From: Armatimonadota bacterium
Lineage (GTDB): Bacteria; Armatimonadota; Fimbriimonadia; Fimbriimonadales; Fimbriimonadaceae
Length of the DNA stretch: 64,000 nucleotides
Assembly: GCA_031400935.1 (NCBI GenBank)
Contig: JANNQV010000058.1
Location: forward strand, 1-64,000
Direction of reading: 5' to 3'
Position 1 is the stretch's first letter, and each line of letters opens with the position of its first letter. This document shows, piece after piece, positions 20,692 through 31,081 of the stretch. The notes below the pieces were generated by a model. The model saw nothing but the letters and a program-made list of their open reading frames with translations. It was not told the origin of the DNA and did not search any database. The position numbers and the translations under genes are program-made.

Positions 20692-21783
20692 TTAAATTGG
20701 AGAAGTGGGCTTGAACAATTCGAAAGCCAAATCATGAAACTTTGGCCTAAGTTCTACAAGCGAAGCAGAGTCGTCTGGATGGACTCTATTGGTGAGAAGA
20801 ACTGCGAATGAGTCGTTCTCGGGGTCAATCCAAATCGAGGTGCCAGTGTAGCCTGTGTGCCCGAAACTCGATTTCGAGAATTTTGTTCCGGCGCTGCATC
20901 CTGGGCTCCACATGTCCCAACCAAGTGCTCGGGAACCAGCTTGGGGCTGAATAGACTTCTGAAACAACTCAGTATGCGGATTCGAGATGTCGCCTGTTGA
21001 CCACTGGAGCATTCTTTGAGCAAACTTTCCGACTTCTGAAGCGGAACCGAAAAGCCCCGCATTTCCAGATACGCCCCCCAGTAAGAAGGCAAGAGGATCG
21101 TGCACTGCGCCACAAAGGAAATCTCCACTCAATTTCCCTTCTGGTATCATCGCCCTCCGCCAAGGTTCAACGACCGTAGTTGGCGCGATGCTCAAATTTT
21201 CATCAAGTTTCAGGTTCCAGGGCATATATGCGCTACTCTCAAAGCAATAGGGAATCTTATGTTTCACGTCCTCAAGAAATCCATCGAGCGAATCAACTAA
21301 GACCCGCTCAATTACAATTTGCAATAGTACAAACCCCAGGCACGAATAAGCCACTCTTTCACCCGGTTCAGCTTCAAGAGGCATCGTCAATATCTCATTC
21401 AAAATGCTTTGTGGAATTGGCGATTCAAAGTGAAAGTTTCGATATGGCGGAAGTCCTGAATTGTGAAGCAGCAAGTTGCGAACCGAAAGCTCTGGACGCT
21501 CCTCTATCGGCTCATCTAGATCAAGCATTCCCATACAAACCAGAGAAACTGCAATCGTTGCTGGAATTATGGGTTTGGTTAAAGAAGCAAGGTCGTAAAG
21601 CGTGTGCTCAGTAACTGGCTGGCACGACGCGGGTTCGTATGTGGTATTTCCGACGCTTTCAAAGTGAATGTTCTTCGAATTGCCAACTGCAAACGCCGCC
21701 CCGGGAAAGAGTCGTTGTTTGATGCCTTCTTGGCAGAGGACAACAAGTGGATCAAGATCGATTTCAATAGAATTGATGGCCAT
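20692..21783 (-). CDS. Serine hydrolase, beta-lactamase/PBP class C-like
   Basis: LASLTK (SxxK), LLLHNSGLP, YSCLG, FGHTGYTG, LLTNRVHP. Confidence 0.9.
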   Translation of the reverse strand: MAINSIEIDLDPLVVLCQEGIKQRLFPGAAFAVGNSKNIHFESVGNTTYEPASCQPVTEHTLYDLASLTKPIIPATIAVSLVCMGMLDLDEPIEERPELSVRNLLLHNSGLPPYRNFHFESPIPQSILNEILTMPLEAEPGERVAYSCLGFVLLQIVIERVLVDSLDGFLEDVKHKIPYCFESSAYMPWNLKLDENLSIAPTTVVEPWRRAMIPEGKLSGDFLCGAVHDPLAFLLGGVSGNAGLFGSASEVGKFAQRMLQWSTGDISNPHTELFQKSIQPQAGSRALGWDMWSPGCSAGTKFSKSSFGHTGYTGTSIWIDPENDSFAVLLTNRVHPDDSASLVELRPKFHDLAFELFKPTSPI

Positions 21784-21880
21784 TTGATGGATCAAGATTT
21801 TGCTTCCGGAACCTCCACCCCCTTGCCCCCTCCTCCTGCTCCTTCGTCGCAAAAGGAGGGGGAATCGGAGACTCGCTCGA

Positions 21881-23785
21881 TCAATCTACCTCGACCTTAA
21901 TCTGTTTGTGAGAGTCGTCAAGTGGAATCAGCAAGAGACTAAGCAGCCCCGGAATCGAGAGGAATAGAACAGCCGTGTAAACGCCCTGATACCCAAAGTT
22001 TTGTTGCAAAACGCCGCTCAAAACACCAGCAATCGCGATGCAAAGCGCGCCCATTCCGGTACCGATTGCATAGTGGCTTGTCGTAAAATTGCCTCTTTGC
22101 GCGACCCACATTAGATAGATCATGTACCCGGCAAATCCAAATCCGTAGCCGAATTGGTCAACGAACAAAATGCCTCCCAAAGTGATGTTCAATGGCCCCG
22201 GCCAAGCTAACTGGATTGTTGTCATTGGCAGTGCATTCATCGTCAGCAGCAGGTAAAGGATGTTCGGGACGTTCATCGCCAAAACCAGTGGGATGAACGA
22301 CTTTCGCAACCCGATCTTGGAAACTGTGAATCCGCCAACGATTCCGCCGAGAATGATTCCCACGACGCCCAAAGCTCCGCTCAGCATTCCGAACTGCACA
22401 TTGTCAACAGCGAGACCGCCTTTATCCAGCCCATCTTTAAGAAAAAGGGGATTGATTTTTCCGACAACTGCTTCTGGGAAGCGATAGAAGAGTATGAAAA
22501 GAAAGATCGCGCCGAAACCTTGCTGCGAAACAAAGCTACCTAGCGCTTTTCCCATTTCGCTGCCAGAAATTGTGCGCTTTGCAAGCCAAAAACCCAGAGC
22601 AGCCAGGGCAAGGCAGAAGCAAAACTGGAAGAATTCAGTACCAACTCCGCCAAAGCTAAGGTTGTTAAGGATAGGGATTTTGTTGTCGTCGGGCAGTTTC
22701 CAAGCTATTCTCGTCCCTTCCGGTACATTGCTGGAAAGTGTCCCAACAACATAGACTAGATGTGCGACAAGCCGTACTGCCGCGTTGAGGCAGAAATACC
22801 CGCCAATGCCCACAAGTAGCATAGAAAGCGTCCTTACTAGATTCCTGCGAGTTTCACCCGGCACCGGTGCCGCTGCCGCATCTTTTTCTGGAAACGGCGT
22901 TTCCTTTCGAGCTACAAAATGAAATAAACCGTAGAAAGTGGCTCCACCCAAGAGAACAAAGAACCAAACGGTTTTTGGGTCTTGAGTCTGAACTTTTGAA
23001 CCCTGCACAATACGGCCCGAATCTCCTAGCGGGATGCGTCCGACCTCCCTTGTTTCCTTCAGAGTTGTGGCAATGATTGCCCCCTCTTTGTTGATTGCAA
23101 GTTCATACGATCCTGGCGGAATTGTAATCTCAAATCCAATGGGCTTCTCGCCCTTGTAGCCGACAAGTTTTCCGCTGTCAACGATTAGCTCAACTTCGGT
23201 AACTGATCCTGGTACGCCTTCGACCAGATAGGGCAAATGCGCTCCCATTATTTTCAAAGGAGGGAGCCGCATGAATAATCCAGCGATTAAAACGAGCCCC
23301 ATAGCGCAAAACAGTCGCCCCAGCCGATAGCAAGTTGACATGATTCCTGCGAATCTCGCTTGATCCGTTCGGTCCATCGAGAGGATGGCAAAGCCATCCG
23401 TCGCGATATTGCAAAGCGCGCTGACGACAGCGGTCGCCCCGAGAACAACGAGTGCAAAAGCAAACGGATCAGGAGTCCGGAGCAAAAGAGCCGTGACGAT
23501 AAGTCCTGCGGCAATGATAAGTTGCCCGTTCAGAATCCACTTGCGCTTGGTAAAATTCAGGTCAACCATCGGCCCTAGGAGCATTTGGAGCGCCCAGGGC
23601 AGTGCGATGAGTGATGTCCAACGTGTAATCGGCTCGTTTTCGATCCCGAAATCTTTGAAAATGATCGTCGAAAGCTCTTGAACAACCGTGACCGGAATCG
23701 CTTGCAAGAAATAGAGAATCGGAATGAAAACCCACGGAGAAAACCGCTTGATCTTAAAATCGTCGCCTTGCCGTTCGTTTGTCAT
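21881..23785 (-). CDS. ampG: AmpG-like MFS permease
   Basis: LYFLQAIP, NIATDGF, YRLG, LFYRFPEA, TSHYAIGT motifs; multi-TM. Confidence 0.75.
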   Translation of the reverse strand: MTNERQGDDFKIKRFSPWVFIPILYFLQAIPVTVVQELSTIIFKDFGIENEPITRWTSLIALPWALQMLLGPMVDLNFTKRKWILNGQLIIAAGLIVTALLLRTPDPFAFALVVLGATAVVSALCNIATDGFAILSMDRTDQARFAGIMSTCYRLGRLFCAMGLVLIAGLFMRLPPLKIMGAHLPYLVEGVPGSVTEVELIVDSGKLVGYKGEKPIGFEITIPPGSYELAINKEGAIIATTLKETREVGRIPLGDSGRIVQGSKVQTQDPKTVWFFVLLGGATFYGLFHFVARKETPFPEKDAAAAPVPGETRRNLVRTLSMLLVGIGGYFCLNAAVRLVAHLVYVVGTLSSNVPEGTRIAWKLPDDNKIPILNNLSFGGVGTEFFQFCFCLALAALGFWLAKRTISGSEMGKALGSFVSQQGFGAIFLFILFYRFPEAVVGKINPLFLKDGLDKGGLAVDNVQFGMLSGALGVVGIILGGIVGGFTVSKIGLRKSFIPLVLAMNVPNILYLLLTMNALPMTTIQLAWPGPLNITLGGILFVDQFGYGFGFAGYMIYLMWVAQRGNFTTSHYAIGTGMGALCIAIAGVLSGVLQQNFGYQGVYTAVLFLSIPGLLSLLLIPLDDSHKQIKVEVD

Positions 23786-23840
23786 TTCAAAGCCTAGAAG
23801 GTTGAGACGATTCGACACGCGGACTATTGTTTCCTCTTTG

Positions 23841-25883
23841 ATGGTTTTGGTGGGGATTGCTGGGGGGCTGGGAGTTGCGGGGTGTGGGGATCAAACTAGT
23901 GCAACCTCATCTAACACTCCAAAAGCGGCATCGCCCAGGGCAGGTCTCAACGAGTCGCCAAAAGTGGCGCCTCCTCGGGCTAATTCGGTTGAATGCTGGG
24001 ATTCGACGAATCCGATTCCGGCTTACTTAAGCAATGGGATCATCGGAATTCGGGTTGGAAGGGATGGTTCAGGAACAGGACCTGATGGGAAATCATTGCC
24101 GATGTTTGCCATTGACCAATATCAACAAACTGGCGAAGAAAAGATTATTCCTCAACCAACGATTCTTCCGATACATATGAAGTTGGACGGCCAACCCATT
24201 CTTCCGGGAAGCGAGTTGGAATATGTCCAGATTCAGCCTCTGAATCTTGGAAAAATGGAGCTTGCAACGCATTGGAAACTTGGGAACTCGACAATCAAGT
24301 CAAGTCTCCTTCTGAACCAGACTTCAAATGTCAGTTCAAATTCCTCAATTTCAATGAACTACCGTTTCGAATCGGTCAAAGATCAAGTGATCAAATTTGA
24401 ACTTCTTTCGGGCCAAAGAGTTATTGCGTCAGAATTGGCATCCATTAACCCAGATTGTGATCGAGCAACAGTCCAGAGTGGAAATCGAAAGTGGGACATT
24501 CAAATCAAAGGTGGATTTCTTGTTAAGACAATCAAGAACTACTCCATTTCTTTAGCCTCAATGGCAATTGCAGATTCCTTCGAACTGACAATTAGAGGTT
24601 CCTTTGTTGGCTCAACAGAATTTGATAGCGACAAACCAACTCAGGAAACGCAAATTGAAATTGAGGGCCCAATAGATGATCAGCAGGCCGTAAATTCGTT
24701 CGTTTATTATCTCTGTTCCGGCGTCCTTTCCAACTCATCAAGCCCAGTAGCACCACTCGGTCTTTCGTCGAAAACTTACAACGGACATGTATTTTGGGAT
24801 GCCGACATTTGGATATTCCCCGCCCTCGCCCTGATTGATCCCAATCGTGCTCGCTCAATTTCAAACTACCGCATCCGATTGGCAGGCGATGCCGGACGGA
24901 ACTTTCGGCGCAAGCACTCCTGGTCTAAACAGGAATTTATTCCATACGAATATGATTTTGAAGGCAAGCTACAATACCCCTGGGAATCTAGCGTAAGCGG
25001 CCTAGAAGTGACGCCGACCGAAGCCAGGCAGCAGCACCACATCACCGGAAGCGTTCTTTGGGCATTGGGGATGGCTTCCGATTTGGGAATCGCGGACCCG
25101 AAGACCGTAAACGAAATCGGTGAAAAGGCTGCAAATTTTTATCTATGGCGAGCAGATCAGGTTTCTTCCACCGATCCAAAGATCGAGGGATTACGAACTG
25201 TCAAAAACACATTCAGCCCAGACGAATTTCACTTTGGCGATGACGACCTGTACACCAATTGCATTGCCGAATCGGTCGTGCGCAGGTTTTCAAAGGAATA
25301 TCCAGATATCGAGTTTCTTCGCCCGCGAGACGATAATGGATTCCTAAATTATTCAAATGACCGGCTAAAGGGCTATAAGCAAGCGTCAGGCGTTCTTGCG
25401 ATCTATCCCTTGCAAGACCCTGAGGTTGAACCTGAAGCTAAGCAAATGATGGATCGTTTCGCGGATAAAGTAAGCAAATATGGCCCACCGATGACTGACT
25501 CAGTGCATGCCCTCATTTGGGCGCGATTAGGCGAGAAGCAAAGGGCGTACACAACATGGCGTAAAGGCTGGAAGGAGTTTACAAACAACCCGCTCCTGCT
25601 ATTTAGCGAGATTCGGACTGTAGACGTTACTTACTTCTCCACAGGAGCCGCAGGATGCCTGCAAACGGTTCTCTATGGCTTCTGCGGCATTCGTATTGAT
25701 TCAAAGGCACAGCCCGGCGCAAAATGGCAATTGCCGCTAAAGAATGGCAAAGTATTTAGCATCAAGCCGAACCTCCCCAAAGAATGGAAGTCGGTTCGTC
25801 TCAAAAATCTTACGATTCTTGGCAAGAAATACGACGTGACAATCCGTGGCGAATCCGTAGCTGTCTCGAATCAGCCCTTATGA
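23841..25883 (+). CDS. Glycoside hydrolase family 65-like lipoprotein
   Basis: Lipobox VAGC, YLSNGIIG, YNGHVFWDAD, YPWES, SPDEF, KQA, FSTGAAGCLQTVLYGFCG. Confidence 0.85.
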   Translation: MVLVGIAGGLGVAGCGDQTSATSSNTPKAASPRAGLNESPKVAPPRANSVECWDSTNPIPAYLSNGIIGIRVGRDGSGTGPDGKSLPMFAIDQYQQTGEEKIIPQPTILPIHMKLDGQPILPGSELEYVQIQPLNLGKMELATHWKLGNSTIKSSLLLNQTSNVSSNSSISMNYRFESVKDQVIKFELLSGQRVIASELASINPDCDRATVQSGNRKWDIQIKGGFLVKTIKNYSISLASMAIADSFELTIRGSFVGSTEFDSDKPTQETQIEIEGPIDDQQAVNSFVYYLCSGVLSNSSSPVAPLGLSSKTYNGHVFWDADIWIFPALALIDPNRARSISNYRIRLAGDAGRNFRRKHSWSKQEFIPYEYDFEGKLQYPWESSVSGLEVTPTEARQQHHITGSVLWALGMASDLGIADPKTVNEIGEKAANFYLWRADQVSSTDPKIEGLRTVKNTFSPDEFHFGDDDLYTNCIAESVVRRFSKEYPDIEFLRPRDDNGFLNYSNDRLKGYKQASGVLAIYPLQDPEVEPEAKQMMDRFADKVSKYGPPMTDSVHALIWARLGEKQRAYTTWRKGWKEFTNNPLLLFSEIRTVDVTYFSTGAAGCLQTVLYGFCGIRIDSKAQPGAKWQLPLKNGKVFSIKPNLPKEWKSVRLKNLTILGKKYDVTIRGESVAVSNQPL

Positions 25884-26476
25884 ACTTCGCTTTGCAACCC
25901 GCGCCTGACGACCAAGAACTTGATTCTTGTCGGCGCAAATCCTTCACGAAGCGCATCAATCGCCTTGTGCACTTTCACAGTTCCGCCGCAATAAAATAGA
26001 TCAATCGCTGCGTAGCCGTGTTCTGGCCAAGTGTGAATCGTATAGTGCGATTCTTGGATGATGACGGCGCCTGATACGCCATAAGGCTGAAATTCGTGGA
26101 ACGATTGAGCGACCACAGTTGCCTCGCTTCGGTCCGCGGCCTCGCGCATTACAGTGCCGACAGTTCCCTCGTTTTCGAGCGACTGCTGGTTGCAGCCGTA
26201 CATTTCGACAAGAAGATGGGAACCCAATGAAAGCTCCTCATCGAACCCAAAAGGCAACCCCTCTTCATCATGGCCGAGCCAATCGCGAAATGCAGATTCG
26301 TCGTCACTCCGAATAATGGTCCAGCCACCATCGCGCTGGATAACTGGAGAAACAAGGGAAGGAGCTTTGCCGAAAAGCGAACGTAACCTTTTCAGGATCG
26401 TCGGACGAATAATATCGCGGGTAACCGCAATAGCAGCAAAAGCGCAACAGCTAATTAGGTATGTGTAAATTGACAA
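25871..26476 (-). CDS. speD: S-adenosylmethionine decarboxylase proenzyme with N-terminal extension
   Basis: LGSHLLVEMYGC, FQPYGVSG, IQESHYTIHTWPEHGYAAIDLFYCG (ES cleavage site); GAGGT RBS before TTG. Confidence 0.92.
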   Translation of the reverse strand: MSIYTYLISCCAFAAIAVTRDIIRPTILKRLRSLFGKAPSLVSPVIQRDGGWTIIRSDDESAFRDWLGHDEEGLPFGFDEELSLGSHLLVEMYGCNQQSLENEGTVGTVMREAADRSEATVVAQSFHEFQPYGVSGAVIIQESHYTIHTWPEHGYAAIDLFYCGGTVKVHKAIDALREGFAPTRIKFLVVRRGLQSEVHKG

Positions 26477-26497
26477 TTAATAAGGACCTCACAATTG

Positions 26498-26747
26498 AAC
26501 GGTTCGCAGGCACCAAGAATTTCCTGGCGCGAAAGACCCCGAATCGGGATCACACGGGGCAAGCATTCAGCCGAATTTGATGTGGCGAGCAGCCCGCGAT
26601 GTCCTTTGCGGTCACTCTTGCCTGAGTGGATTATTCCACCCCCGATTTGCATCAAATTTGCCATTTCTTGCACGGTGCAGGATCTCTCCTACAGTTGCGG
26701 CGAATTTCGCGCCGCCCATAGCCGCCTCCCGGCTTCAACCGTTTGGC
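26498..26747 (-). ncRNA. Unassigned structured RNA in speD 5' leader
   Basis: Closing helix AACGGTT/AACCGTT plus at least six internal helices, directly downstream of a strong promoter. Confidence 0.6.
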
Positions 26748-26753
26748 TCGTGC

Positions 26754-26782
26754 ATTGTACCAGACCCCTCGGATTTATTCAA
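26754..26782 (-). promoter_or_regulatory. Sigma70 promoter of the speD leader
   Basis: TTGAAT-N17-TACAAT with extended TG on the minus strand. Confidence 0.7.
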
Positions 26783-26875
26783 TAGTTAGAGTCAATTTGG
26801 ATTCAAACTGGCAAGAATGACGTTATTTTCATCAATTCTTGCGAAAGATCGCTCTCTTTGGGATATGATCGTGCA

Positions 26876-27712
26876 ATGCGTTTTCTTCGTAGTGCGTTTA
26901 CTCTTATTGAATTGCTTGTCGTAATCGCTATCATTGCGATTCTCGCTGCGATCCTATTCCCGGTCTTTGCACAAGCGAAGGCAGCCGCAAAAAAAGTCGT
27001 ATGCCTTTCTAGTTTGAAGCAAATTGGCATTGGCCAAATGATGTATGTGACCGACTATGACGGTCGCTACCCGGCTTGGGCAGCAAACATTCCTCCGATC
27101 AATGGCGGCAACACTATTTTCATGCCTCCAGACCTGCAATTGATGCCATACGTCAAGAATGAGGATCTCTGGCAATGCCCTATGGACCGTCAAGCACGTG
27201 TCGCGTCCAATACGGTCCCATGGTGGGATGGTTCGTATAGCGCTAGAAGGAAGTTGCGTTCGTACGTTTACATCGGAAATATAGTTACCGTTCAATCAAA
27301 TCCGGTAAACGATCTGAATACTGGATTAACTTACTACACCGGACCTGGAACGTGGGTCTACAACGGAAGGAGTGAAAGCGAAATCGAAGGATCTGCCGAC
27401 ATGGTTGGTTGGGCTGAGCAATGGGCGACAGGCTTGCCTCATGAATTTGTTGGCGGAATTTGGGGAAGCGGATTCATTGACTGCGATGCTTGGAAATTAG
27501 CGGGCAGAAAGGTCCCAACCCAAAACGCTGGTGACCGATTGCCGCCTGCATGTGCCTCAAACAACGAGCGAAAGCCAACGCCTGGGCATGGCAACATGGG
27601 AATCTATGTATTCGCTGATGGCCACGCTGGTGCCAAGACTTGGGGGTTCATTCGTAAGAACGACTTTTATGTTTTCAAGGCTATCAAGCCGCAGCAACAG
27701 TACGTTCCGTAA
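26876..27712 (+). CDS. Prepilin-type N-terminal cleavage/methylation protein with H-X9-DG domain
   Basis: [39 protein letters not shown]...YVFADGHA. Confidence 0.92.
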   Translation: MRFLRSAFTLIELLVVIAIIAILAAILFPVFAQAKAAAKKVVCLSSLKQIGIGQMMYVTDYDGRYPAWAANIPPINGGNTIFMPPDLQLMPYVKNEDLWQCPMDRQARVASNTVPWWDGSYSARRKLRSYVYIGNIVTVQSNPVNDLNTGLTYYTGPGTWVYNGRSESEIEGSADMVGWAEQWATGLPHEFVGGIWGSGFIDCDAWKLAGRKVPTQNAGDRLPPACASNNERKPTPGHGNMGIYVFADGHAGAKTWGFIRKNDFYVFKAIKPQQQYVP

Positions 27713-27781
27713 GGATTGCAGTTGGCGGTTGGCAGTGATTGTCTGTTGTCTTCGCCAAACGCCAACTGCATACCGCTTACT

Positions 27782-30055
27782 TTACGGCCCATGCTGCCGG
27801 CATTTAGCCGGAATTCCTGACTTGGAAAATCTTCTTGAAACAGTTTCAGGGCAATAAGGCGAAGCTCGGAGCCCGCTTTCAGCGCACAATTCGACGGTAA
27901 CTTTTTCCTTGTCTTCTGGAATTGCTTGGGTCTTTATCGGTTCTCCTGTAATCTGAGGTGGGTCTGGCTGAGGCGTGCCGTTCCCGCCTTTGGCCTTGCC
28001 CGAAGGATCTAAAGGTGGAACTTGGTCAGGATAGCCGTTGTCTGGCAATTCTGGTGGTGTATTTGAATCTGACTGTGCAGGATCGGGTTCTAATTTCTCC
28101 GATTCTGCTTCAAGTGTTGGCAACGCCTTCATTCTCTTTTTTGTTCGCGTGGGTGTATCGTCGTATTTCTTGAGGGCGTTCCGCATGAATTCTGTCCAAA
28201 TTTGAACTGTAACTTCGCCGCCAAACACGCCGGGCATTACTGCGTAACTTGGTTTGCCGTTATGAAATTGTTCGTTTGCTACCCATCCGATTCCGACGAG
28301 GTTGTTTGTATAGCCACAAAACCACGCATCTCGATTATCTTGAGTTGTGCCTGTCTTTCCGCGAGCGTTTGGAATTCCAGCGGCTCTTCGAGCCGTACCG
28401 CCAGTTACAACGCTACGCAGGCAATCGTCCATGTATTCAGCGACTCTCTGGTCTAATATGTTCTGAATGACCTTTGGAGCAAAGTCGGCGAGCGACGTAC
28501 CATCAGGGCCGACAATTCTCGTAATTCCGTACGGTGTGGCGCGATCACCATACAGCATAAACACACTATAGCCTTGTGCCATTTCGAGCGGGGAAACTGC
28601 CGATGAACCCAAAACGAGCGATGAAACTGGGTCAAGTGGAGAATCGAATCCAAATATGTCTCGGCAATAGTTTGCGGCCGTGTTTGGCCCAACTTTGTCC
28701 ATGACCCAAGCGGCAGGAACGTTGATGGATCCGGCAATCGCTCGCTGAATACTTACCATTCCCCCTTTTCCGCCGCCGGTCGGCCATTTCTTTGTTCGCC
28801 CGCCTCCTAACTCTAAGTAATGGGGCTCGTTTGATATCGGTTCATTGAATCCAAGCGCGCCAGTGGAAAGGGCTGCGGCATAGACAAACGGTTTCATTGC
28901 CGAACCTGGCTGCCGACTGCCTTGGGAGATCGCGTTATATTGCCGCTTTTCGTAGTCCGCACCACCAACCATAGCGAGGATTTGCCCGTTGTAGTCCATA
29001 CATACAAATGCGCCAGTGGTAAGTCCTCTTTTGCGATACTGTCGCACAACTCGCTCTACTGCCGCTTCGGCGAATTCCTGCATTTCATAATTGAGCGTCG
29101 TTTCAATTCGGATGCCACCCTTAGAAAGGTCAATCTCTGGATGGGTTCTTTTGACCGAATCCAAAACGTAATTTACAAAATAGGGTGAGGCCAGAAGCCG
29201 ATTTCCAGCTCTCATCGGGTCTTTTTTTAGCTTCAACGGCTCAACAATGGCTTCTTGATATTCAGCTTCGGTGATCTTGTCCTGCTCTCGAAGTTTTCTC
29301 AAAACTACGTTCCGTTTTTCAACCGCTAGGTCAGGATTTCGAAAAGGATTGTATTCGCTGGGCCGTTGAACAAGCCTAGCAAGAAGGGCTGCTTCTGCAA
29401 TAGTTAGTTCGTTGAGCTCCTTGCCGAAATAGACTTCAGCCGCAGCTCCCACGCCATAGGCAAACGCTCCATAAAAGGAATTGTTCAGATAGAGCTTGAG
29501 TATCTCCGGCTTCGTTTTGCGCTCTTCCATTTTCATCGCGAGGGCTACATTTTTGAGCTTGCGATCCATGGTTTTGTCGTTTCCGGTAATCGCCTTTGCA
29601 ACTTGCATGGAGATCGTGCTTGCACCTTGTCCCGTGGCTTCTCCTTCGCGAATGTTTGAGAAGATGGCGCGAAGCGCAGACCGATAATCTACGCCATCGT
29701 GGCTATAGAATCTCTCGTCTTCGACAGCCAAGGTGGCATCTTTAACGATCTCTGGAATATCTGGAAATTTGACGGGCTTCTGGAATCTGTCAATCGAGCG
29801 ATAAAGCACCTTGCCGTCTGCACTTACAATCGTAGTGGGTTGGCTTGCAAAAGTAATGCCATAGGAATCGAGCTTGAAAATCTCTTTCTCAGCCCACGCA
29901 TAGTGCGGAGCCATTACAATGCCAAACGCGCCCCATCCTACGACAACGAGGAGGAGTCCAATAAGGCCAGCATAAAACAGCCATGTCAGAAGCGACCGTC
30001 TTCGGTGCTTTGGCTTGGGTTTTGCAGAGGATTTGGTTGCAGACTTTACTGCCAC
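27782..30055 (-). CDS. Class A penicillin-binding protein (PBP1A family)
   Basis: AVEDERFYSHDGVD, QGASTISMQ, YLNNSFYG, RQPGSAMKPF, SINV, GKTGTT. Confidence 0.95.
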   Translation of the reverse strand: MAVKSATKSSAKPKPKHRRRSLLTWLFYAGLIGLLLVVVGWGAFGIVMAPHYAWAEKEIFKLDSYGITFASQPTTIVSADGKVLYRSIDRFQKPVKFPDIPEIVKDATLAVEDERFYSHDGVDYRSALRAIFSNIREGEATGQGASTISMQVAKAITGNDKTMDRKLKNVALAMKMEERKTKPEILKLYLNNSFYGAFAYGVGAAAEVYFGKELNELTIAEAALLARLVQRPSEYNPFRNPDLAVEKRNVVLRKLREQDKITEAEYQEAIVEPLKLKKDPMRAGNRLLASPYFVNYVLDSVKRTHPEIDLSKGGIRIETTLNYEMQEFAEAAVERVVRQYRKRGLTTGAFVCMDYNGQILAMVGGADYEKRQYNAISQGSRQPGSAMKPFVYAAALSTGALGFNEPISNEPHYLELGGGRTKKWPTGGGKGGMVSIQRAIAGSINVPAAWVMDKVGPNTAANYCRDIFGFDSPLDPVSSLVLGSSAVSPLEMAQGYSVFMLYGDRATPYGITRIVGPDGTSLADFAPKVIQNILDQRVAEYMDDCLRSVVTGGTARRAAGIPNARGKTGTTQDNRDAWFCGYTNNLVGIGWVANEQFHNGKPSYAVMPGVFGGEVTVQIWTEFMRNALKKYDDTPTRTKKRMKALPTLEAESEKLEPDPAQSDSNTPPELPDNGYPDQVPPLDPSGKAKGGNGTPQPDPPQITGEPIKTQAIPEDKEKVTVELCAESGLRASPYCPETVSRRFSKSGIPAKCRQHGP

Positions 30056-30089
30056 TAGTTTATTTAGACGCCAACCGTCAGGGTTTGAT

Positions 30090-31070
30090 TCATCGCTCCT
30101 GGGTCTTTAGACTAAGTGCCCGCAATTCTGCCTCAGTTTGGCGGCCGACAAGGATGAAGGAGGTTTTGCCCCTATCCCAAGCGAATACTGTTTCACCTTC
30201 TCTGCGGGCTCTTTCAAGAAGCCGCATATCCGGTTTGCCCTGTTTTTGAATGAAGGATAGAATGCCATTTGGCGTCGAATAATGCAAGATCAGAACTTTA
30301 CCGTCGCTGATTACGCGAGCACTATCTAGTTCTCGACCCTCGCCGGAAGCCAAAAACAACTTCGTGAAACCGTGCTGATTCATGAGTTTCATCGCCAAAT
30401 CGTTTGGAGTGAGGACTTTCGCACCTGGCACACGAATTTCAAAATCTTGCGATCTTATTGACGGCCGCAGGTTCACCCTAGTGAACTCGTAAAAACCTTG
30501 TACCGTCCCTGCAGAGTCAAACAGCTCTCGCTTTAGGATCAAGCCGCTCCTTGGATCAATCCAAAGATTTTGGGCAACTTGACCGTTTGCTTTAGTCATT
30601 GAAATTTTTTGCGTTTTGATTCCAGCGATAACTTCGGAGTCATGAGCAGCAATTATCCATTTTTCGCGAACTGCCATCTTCACGGATTCCATCAGCCGGT
30701 GCAACGCTTCATCGCGGCTTCCACCAGAAACATGAATCTCATTTCTATCCGGGAAGAATTGAAGCCGTTTCTTGCCCTTTTCGACAATGATTTGTCCTTT
30801 GAACGACGACCGGTCATCATACTCAATTCGGCGGTTGCTTCCGTCCTTCCAAATTGTTTCGAAATTTCGGATTCGTTCTGCCCCCAACCGCAATTCGACC
30901 CGCCGTTCTCCTGAATATTTTAAAGAAAGAGACATTCGCATAGCGCGGCTCAATGCTTCCGGCAAATTCTTGAAACTTTCAGGTTTATTCCCTCGATCGC
31001 CGGGGGTTTGCGAATTTGAGATTGCGACGACTCCCAACAAAGCGCAAGCAACTCCAATATGCTTGGTCAT
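30090..31070 (-). CDS. MucB/RseB-like periplasmic regulator
   Basis: Signal peptide, LKYSGER, NLWIDPRSGLILKRE; downstream of ECF sigma and anti-sigma. Confidence 0.75.
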   Translation of the reverse strand: MTKHIGVACALLGVVAISNSQTPGDRGNKPESFKNLPEALSRAMRMSLSLKYSGERRVELRLGAERIRNFETIWKDGSNRRIEYDDRSSFKGQIIVEKGKKRLQFFPDRNEIHVSGGSRDEALHRLMESVKMAVREKWIIAAHDSEVIAGIKTQKISMTKANGQVAQNLWIDPRSGLILKRELFDSAGTVQGFYEFTRVNLRPSIRSQDFEIRVPGAKVLTPNDLAMKLMNQHGFTKLFLASGEGRELDSARVISDGKVLILHYSTPNGILSFIQKQGKPDMRLLERARREGETVFAWDRGKTSFILVGRQTEAELRALSLKTQER

Positions 31071-31081
31071 GTCTTGAAAAA

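Noticed and set aside
21810..21870. C-rich/G-rich hairpin (CCCCCTCCT...AGGAGGGGG) as a third repeat family
   Set aside because: Single copy in the window, so a family cannot be established; it also accounts for the spurious MRRRSRRR extension of the hydrolase ORF.
26685..26715. Cobalamin riboswitch (CCGCAACTGTA resemblance)
   Set aside because: The other conserved elements (GGGAA, GCCACTG, AGCCAGGAGACC) are not in the expected places, and speD is not a B12 gene.
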